Assembly: GCA_029856055.1 (NCBI GenBank)
Contig: JAHQWF010000025.1
Location: forward strand, 1-32,398
Source: Candidatus Njordarchaeota archaeon
GTDB lineage: Archaea; Asgardarchaeota; Njordarchaeia; Njordarchaeales; Njordarchaeaceae
Reading direction: 5' to 3'
Length of the DNA stretch: 32,398 bases
The position numbers and the translations under genes are program-made. This document shows positions 26,444-32,398 of the stretch, piece by piece (within the stretch, counting starts at the first letter, position 1; each line of letters begins with the position of its first letter). A model generated the notes under the pieces. That model was not told where the DNA came from. It saw only the letters and a program-made list of their open reading frames with translations, and did no database searches.

Positions 26444-27847
26444 TTGATAACGCGTAGAGGCGGGCTTTTTGTACTATTTGGTGTGGCATTAGAGTTATTT
26501 GCTTTATCTTTCTATGCGATGCGTGATTTCGCTAATTTTATTTATGATACTTTTGGAATCGATTTAGCTTTGTATCTTCCTAACATATACAACCTAGTTT
26601 ATTTATCCCCTGCATTGATTATACTTTCTAGTATTATGTTGGTTAGTGCAACTATATCCTTTATACAATATAGTTTTTTTACTAGGATTGAATTTATCCA
26701 GATTAGGCGAGAATTATCGACAGATAGGTGTTTTGCAGGGGATTTCGTTACTGTAGTAATCAAAATAACAAATAAAAGTAGGTTTTGGATAGGTAATTTA
26801 TTCATTAGTGATATAATACCTGATACTTTTGATCTTGTTTTGGGGGAAAACTATATATCTACAGCGCTACCACCAAAATCTACTGCAAAGTTTTCTTACG
26901 TAATTAGAAGCGGTGTTAGAGGAGTTTATAAGCTTGGTCCCATGCAAGTCGTTTTACAGGACCGAGCAGGTTTTTTCATGAAGCAATATTTAGTTGAATA
27001 TTATGATGAGATACGGGTATATCCATCATATGAGGATGTGAGGCGTTTAGAATTTCTGCAAAAAGCTTATGGCACTATTTTGTTTGGAAGGTACAGAGTT
27101 CGCGAAAAAGGTCACGGCTATGATTTTTGGGGCATAAGAAAGTATGAAGTTGGAGACAGCGTTAGAGCAATTGATTGGAAGGCTAGTGCACGTACAGGAT
27201 CGCTCATGATTAGGGAGTATGAGGCTGAGAAAAACATTAAGCTATACATTTTTATTGATGCTTCATCTTCAATGAGTGCAGGATCGGTGAGATTAACTAA
27301 ACTGGATTACGTGGCTAGGGCTGCTGTTTTGTTGTCGTACTTAGCTAATAGAGCTCAGGATCTGTTTGGTTTAGTTGTGTTTTCTGACGGAATCAAGGAA
27401 TTTGTACCCGCAAATAAAGGTCGCAGACACTTTTATAGAATATTAGACACTCTTGCTGGAATTGACTCAGAGGGAGCATCTAATTTATCTAGAACAATGA
27501 AGGAATTCGTAATGCGTGAGAAACGTGCAGCACTAGGCATAGTACTATCTGATTTAGAAGGAGACCCAACGATAATTGAAGAAGCGGTTAAAGTTGCGTT
27601 AGCACGAAATGTTTTTCTGTTATTTATTGCTCCCATAGGCCCCTTATTTGAGAGAATACCGTCCGATGAGATCACGAGATCGTTCTTTGAGGTTGTCTTA
27701 ACCGAATATGTCAAGAGAAGGGAACAGATAAGGAGTCGGCTTGCGAGATATTCAGTACCTATAATAGATGTAGGGCCAGAAGATTTAATTGGGGTTGCTT
27801 TAGAGACGTTTCTAAAAGCCAAAGCTAGAGGAATAGGAATGATTTAG
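26444..27847 (+). CDS. DUF58 protein with N-terminal TM helices and a vWA/MIDAS domain
   Basis: RGVYKLGP, VYP, DFWGIRKYEVGDSVRAIDWKASAR, MIREYEAE, MIDAS motif IDASSSM, VLSDL; GGTGA upstream of the TTG. Confidence 0.9.
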   Translation: MITRRGGLFVLFGVALELFALSFYAMRDFANFIYDTFGIDLALYLPNIYNLVYLSPALIILSSIMLVSATISFIQYSFFTRIEFIQIRRELSTDRCFAGDFVTVVIKITNKSRFWIGNLFISDIIPDTFDLVLGENYISTALPPKSTAKFSYVIRSGVRGVYKLGPMQVVLQDRAGFFMKQYLVEYYDEIRVYPSYEDVRRLEFLQKAYGTILFGRYRVREKGHGYDFWGIRKYEVGDSVRAIDWKASARTGSLMIREYEAEKNIKLYIFIDASSSMSAGSVRLTKLDYVARAAVLLSYLANRAQDLFGLVVFSDGIKEFVPANKGRRHFYRILDTLAGIDSEGASNLSRTMKEFVMREKRAALGIVLSDLEGDPTIIEEAVKVALARNVFLLFIAPIGPLFERIPSDEITRSFFEVVLTEYVKRREQIRSRLARYSVPIIDVGPEDLIGVALETFLKAKARGIGMI

Positions 27848-27873
27848 TTGGCAAATTAAAGAGGCAGATTAAA

Positions 27874-29106
27874 TTGAGTGGTAATGAGTACTTAACGGGA
27901 ATAAATAAAGTAAAGAATAAATTAAGGATGTCTTTATATTTCCTTCAAGCTATAACTCTTATCATCTTTGTGTTTGTGATTTACTACTTTCTATCACTTA
28001 TACCCGAGGGCGTTTTCAGCTTAGATTATGTAATCCTAGTTATAAGGACTGTTAAAGAGATAATAGTTTTGGCTCTTGTAGTAATAGTGTATTACATAAT
28101 TTATCAAAGTATCAGAAAGTTTGACCCAGCTACTAGCGTTGAGATTTATATTGCCGTATTTTTATCGAATATAGCTATAATTTTTGGCATTGATCCAAAC
28201 TATGCGCTTGATGCAAATGCTTTTTATAATCATATAGCCAGTGCATTTAACCAGCCATTTAACCTAATATTTGGTTTTACTTCATTAGTTTTTATAATAT
28301 CTAGCATTCTAATAATTGGTTTCATTAGACGTGGCTCCCTCGAATCCCTGTTCACATTGCTAATAATAATGTATTTTGATTTAATTTTCTTGGGGTTGTT
28401 CACTGAGGTATTTCATATTGAGGGTGTATCTGGTTTTGAATTTACAAGCATAATCAATGTAATAAGAATCTTGTCAACTCAGGAAATTCTATTTTTTGTA
28501 ATAACGTTTATTCTAGTGGAATTTGGGCAGGTATATGCCTTCTTTTATTCTTATGCAAAGCCCCTGTCCGATAGATTAGAGCGCCTAATAGCTCAACTAG
28601 GAAGGGTAGAGAGAATTGTTGAGAGAGAACGGATGCAGCCTCGGGAAAGGAAACTGGAGGAAACCAAGTTTATAGAAGTTCTATCACCACTTGCTAAAAG
28701 CATTATACGTGATGCTTATGAGGGATACGCTTTCCTAGGGGAGGGGACATCACTGTATGTTAGTGCAAAGTTAAAATCTTATGTAAAGAGAATGCAGGAG
28801 AAATCTAGTGATTTTTTTGAGAGTATATCAGGGGTGCTTGCTACACCTAAAGTTATCACTATCATTATGTCTTTGCTATTATCTTTCTTTACGAAGGTAG
28901 CTATAGGATTAATAGTTGTTGTTGGGTCAACTTATCTACTTTTATTTGTGTTAAGTAGATTAGGAGGGGGTACAATAGTTGAGATGAATAGGGTCGAGGC
29001 TTATGTATATGTTAATATAGCTTTGATCTCTCTGATCTATCTGGCGGTTTTGATAATGTCTTTTAGATTAAAATTCAAAAGAAGGGAGGATATTAGGGAG
29101 CTTTAA
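27874..29106 (+). CDS. Hypothetical polytopic membrane protein, last gene of the MoxR operon
   Basis: About 6 TM helices, a charged helical loop of about 100 aa (LSDRLERLIAQLGRVERIVERE), then 2-3 more TM helices. Confidence 0.78.
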   Translation: MSGNEYLTGINKVKNKLRMSLYFLQAITLIIFVFVIYYFLSLIPEGVFSLDYVILVIRTVKEIIVLALVVIVYYIIYQSIRKFDPATSVEIYIAVFLSNIAIIFGIDPNYALDANAFYNHIASAFNQPFNLIFGFTSLVFIISSILIIGFIRRGSLESLFTLLIIMYFDLIFLGLFTEVFHIEGVSGFEFTSIINVIRILSTQEILFFVITFILVEFGQVYAFFYSYAKPLSDRLERLIAQLGRVERIVERERMQPRERKLEETKFIEVLSPLAKSIIRDAYEGYAFLGEGTSLYVSAKLKSYVKRMQEKSSDFFESISGVLATPKVITIIMSLLLSFFTKVAIGLIVVVGSTYLLLFVLSRLGGGTIVEMNRVEAYVYVNIALISLIYLAVLIMSFRLKFKRREDIREL

Positions 29107-29111
29107 TCATT

Positions 29112-31226
29112 TTAGTAAGAGACAGACTTATATTTTCCAGGTCTAGGTTCATATACATTTCCCTTGTTTTTCTCTCTATTCAGTACTTCTATAACAAAGT
29201 CTTCGCTTATTTTCTTTTGTTTTGCTTCTTCTATTATTCTTTTAATTGGAACTCCGTCGGGATACTCGCTTTCTAGTTCCCTAAGAATATCCATAACTTG
29301 TAGATATCTAGCTCTTTTGGAAGACGATACGCCGGTAGAGACTATCCCGATATCAATGTGTCCACTCTCGGGATCCCTGCCAACTTGAGATAGAGAGTAT
29401 GTCATTAATTCTATAGCGAAATCAGCGTCGCTTTCATCAGCCTCCTCCTTTAATAGCATTCTTGCGCGAGCCTCAGTTAATCTAACCAGAGCTTCTAATT
29501 GCCTGGCTGTGATTGCTACTGGGCTCATACCTAAGCTTTCCTCACTTTCTTCTTTGCTCATTGCTCGCATCTTCATGTAGAAATCTAATATTTTTTTAGC
29601 AGCTTCTTTAGTTAGTTTTGGGAATACATGTTCTTTAGCGTATAGGATATATTTCTTTAAGAATTCTGGAGAGAAGGGTGGTTCGGGACGTATATCTCTA
29701 GTATGTAATCCAAGTATGTGAGACGCCATTTTGTAATCTTCTTCTTTTTTAGGTATATCTACGAGCACAAAAATTAAGTCAAATCTTGAAAGAATTGTGG
29801 GGGGTAAATCAAGATTCTCTGCAAGATTCCTCTCGGGAAGATATCTACCGAATTTCGGATTTGCGGCGGCTAGTATTGAAGTTCTAGCATTGAGTGTGGC
29901 GACAATGCCTGCTTTGGCAATGGATATGCTCTGCTGCTCCATAGCCTCATGAAGGGCTCTTCTATCATCCCTGCTCATTTTATCGAACTCATCGATGCAT
30001 GCTATTCCTTTGTCTGCAAGAACTAGAACTCCTGCTTCGAGAGCCCAACCATCATCGCTCTTAACTACTGCTGCTGTTAATCCGGCAGCAGAGGAACCTC
30101 TTCCAGACGTGTATAGTGCCCTCGGAGAAATCTGTGCAACATATTTTAATAGCTGTGATTTTCCAGTTCCAGGATCACCAATTAGCAAAATGTTTATTGT
30201 TCCCCTGATTTTTGTTCCATCTGGTAGAACCTTTGGTACACCACCAAATAAAAGCGCTGCTATAGCTTTCTTAATACGTTCATACCCATAAATTGATGGT
30301 GCTATACTTTGATATATCTTATTTTCAAGGTCCTCGCTGTTTTTAAGTGATTCAATGATATCTTTTTCTTCCTCTGTTAGCTCTATCTCTTCTAATTCGC
30401 CACTTTCACTATCGATGTATAGTGTCTCTATTACTATATCAAATAAAGGTTTTTTTCCTGCGCGTAAACCGCGCTCTGGAAACGTCTTCACTACACCGTA
30501 TACTGTAACTCTGTCTCCTGGGCGAACTTTACTTGTCAAATCTCCTCTAACCACAGTAACTACGCCTTGTGGTAATTGCCCAGGCGGTAATTCTTCAGGT
30601 AATTCTTGTATTGTCAATTCCTGATACTCCTCATACTCAAGACTCTCTTTCATCATTTCAAATCGGTTTGGATTATTATTGTCACATGTCGGGTTAAGGC
30701 ATACTGTAGGCTTTTGGAATTCATCTTCAAATTCTAATGGGAAATTAAACCCGCATACTAAGCATCTAAACATAGCTCTTCTTAGTATTGGTTTTATTTT
30801 TATCGCTTTGACAACTATGCCTTTAAAATTAATTATTTTTCCTAGATTCTCAGCTCTATGCAATTCTCTTATTGAAATTGGTTTCCCGATGTTTTTTATC
30901 CGTACTCTGTACTTCCTTAATGTGTCTTCCGAGATGTCTTCTTGGAGCAATTTTATGCTTCTTCGGAATGCTACGTTAAATAGATTAATAACTTTTAATG
31001 GAGTTTTTAATAAGTTGTCTGCTAGTTCTTGGTCAAATAATGCTAGGTCTGGGAAATCAACTACTATGGATCTTCGTGTTTCGTCAGCTATAATTTGCAA
31101 TATTTCTTCACGATACTTATAGAAATCTTTTCCCTCTTCATCTAGAATCGTGAAGTTAAGCAAGAAGTTCATGAAACGTTCGATAATTTGTTCGTCTGGT
31201 AGTATCTCTCTAGAAGTAACCTCCAC
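29112..31226 (-). CDS. mcm: Replicative helicase MCM
   Basis: Zn finger CLVC..CLNPTC, QELPEELPPGQLP, PGDRV, IAPSIYG, Walker A GDPGTGKSQ, Walker B CIDEFDKM, HEAMEQQ.ISIAKAG, AAANP, SRFD, ITARQLE, C-terminal winged helix. No intein. Confidence 0.97.
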   Translation of the reverse strand: MEVTSREILPDEQIIERFMNFLLNFTILDEEGKDFYKYREEILQIIADETRRSIVVDFPDLALFDQELADNLLKTPLKVINLFNVAFRRSIKLLQEDISEDTLRKYRVRIKNIGKPISIRELHRAENLGKIINFKGIVVKAIKIKPILRRAMFRCLVCGFNFPLEFEDEFQKPTVCLNPTCDNNNPNRFEMMKESLEYEEYQELTIQELPEELPPGQLPQGVVTVVRGDLTSKVRPGDRVTVYGVVKTFPERGLRAGKKPLFDIVIETLYIDSESGELEEIELTEEEKDIIESLKNSEDLENKIYQSIAPSIYGYERIKKAIAALLFGGVPKVLPDGTKIRGTINILLIGDPGTGKSQLLKYVAQISPRALYTSGRGSSAAGLTAAVVKSDDGWALEAGVLVLADKGIACIDEFDKMSRDDRRALHEAMEQQSISIAKAGIVATLNARTSILAAANPKFGRYLPERNLAENLDLPPTILSRFDLIFVLVDIPKKEEDYKMASHILGLHTRDIRPEPPFSPEFLKKYILYAKEHVFPKLTKEAAKKILDFYMKMRAMSKEESEESLGMSPVAITARQLEALVRLTEARARMLLKEEADESDADFAIELMTYSLSQVGRDPESGHIDIGIVSTGVSSSKRARYLQVMDILRELESEYPDGVPIKRIIEEAKQKKISEDFVIEVLNREKNKGNVYEPRPGKYKSVSY

Positions 31227-31424
31227 TTTAATTACCTACGTTTAATGATATAATTCTCGAATTAGGTAGATGACTTTATTCTAAAGTGCGGTAACACATC
31301 TATATTATCTAAAACTATACAGTAGCTAATATAAATTTTCATGATACCTTTTTTAAAAATGAATATGTAAGTGAAAGTTAATTAGCTTGATAGTTCTCGA
31401 TAAAAGGTTCTGAATGTAGTAATT

Positions 31425-32390
31425 TTAGAGAATTAAAGTTTCATCATCATTTGGAATTACGACTTCAAACTCATTTTCTATGCCTAATCTTTCTAGAGTC
31501 TCTCTAACTATTTCATGAATTGCATTAAGTTCCTTATACCTTGGAGAGATATGGATTAATGCCAATTTTTTTACCTTAGCAAGCAATGCGGTTTCAATCG
31601 CGTCTTCAACAGTGCTGTGGAAGCGAGTTTCAGCAAGTTCCTTGTGATATTTCCTTATGAAAGTGCTTTCATGTATTAACAAATCTGCATTTTTCATTGC
31701 TTCAATAATATCTGGATCCCTAATAGGTCGCGTATCGCCAGTATAAACTATTTTCCTAGAAAATAGCGGTATTTTCAAAATATCATTAGGTTTTATTATT
31801 TTTCCATTAGGCAACTTTATACTGTGTCCTGCCACTAATTTCTTTCTAAGATTGGGCGGTATGTTCAGCTTATTAGCTTTTTCTACATCGAATATCGGTT
31901 TCTTCTTTTCAATGAGAATGTATCCTAGAGAACTGACATCGTGTTCTGTTCTAAAAGCTATGATATCAAATAGCTCTGTAGATGTGATTAAGCTAGGTTT
32001 ATTGAGATTTAATGCTTCTTTTATGTCTAGTATGAGTGGGATAGGAGTGATATTAAATAATTCGATTATGCCTCGAGTGAATTCTTTTGTTCCCTTTGGG
32101 CCTATGATGTGTACAATACCTTTTTTTCTTGCCAATGTTAATGTATGTATGATTCCTGGTAATCCACTAACATGATCAGTATGTAAGTGCGTTAAAAGAA
32201 TATTTAATGCTGATTTGACTGGGTGAAATTTTTTTCTAAATAAACTATATTGACATCCTTCTCCAGCATCTAAGACTATTAATTCATTTTTCATTTTGAT
32301 TGCGATTGAAGGTAATTTTTTCTGGCTGAATGAAGAAACGCCTCCTGTTCCTATAAAAGTTACTGCTATAGGTTCTGGCATTTGGCTCAC
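31425..32390 (-). CDS. rnz: Ribonuclease Z (tRNA 3' processing)
   Basis: FIGTG, DAGEG.Q, THLHTDH..GLPG, exosite arm (IPP..RKKL..G..I....G.II.P.D), YTGDT, IHESTF, HST, LIHISPRY. Start is the GTG at 32390 or the ATG at 32381. Confidence 0.93.
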   Translation of the reverse strand: MSQMPEPIAVTFIGTGGVSSFSQKKLPSIAIKMKNELIVLDAGEGCQYSLFRKKFHPVKSALNILLTHLHTDHVSGLPGIIHTLTLARKKGIVHIIGPKGTKEFTRGIIELFNITPIPLILDIKEALNLNKPSLITSTELFDIIAFRTEHDVSSLGYILIEKKKPIFDVEKANKLNIPPNLRKKLVAGHSIKLPNGKIIKPNDILKIPLFSRKIVYTGDTRPIRDPDIIEAMKNADLLIHESTFIRKYHKELAETRFHSTVEDAIETALLAKVKKLALIHISPRYKELNAIHEIVRETLERLGIENEFEVVIPNDDETLIL

Positions 32391-32398
32391 TATATTGT

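Noticed and set aside
29112-31226. Intein in MCM
   Set aside because: The length (704 aa) and contiguous motifs leave no room for an insertion.

Overview
AT-rich archaeal chromosomal segment. The single-OB SSB, archaeal-type ValRS, MCM, four-subunit 2-oxoacid:ferredoxin oxidoreductase, GGAGG/GGTGA ribosome-binding sites and many GTG/TTG starts suggest a TACK/Asgard-like, probably thermophilic peptide fermenter; the lineage is inference only. It holds about 30 CDS: housekeeping genes (ssb, nfo, nnr, valS, mtnA, rsmA, pcm, mcm, rnz), energy genes (COG2403 arginine-synthetase-like enzyme, ADP-forming acyl-CoA ligase beta subunit, por gamma/delta/alpha/beta), a PfkB kinase + CDP-alcohol phosphatidyltransferase pair, a 602-aa coiled-coil/winged-helix protein and a five-gene DUF4129-DUF4350-MoxR-DUF58-membrane protein operon. 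I saw no rRNA, tRNA, CRISPR array or transposase. Beyond the ORF track I found two box C/D guide sRNA candidates (one predicts 23S Um2552 by the N+5 rule), a probable CTG-initiated gene, and sharp local A/C-to-G/T strand-composition switches inside conserved genes at about 6640 and about 11430.
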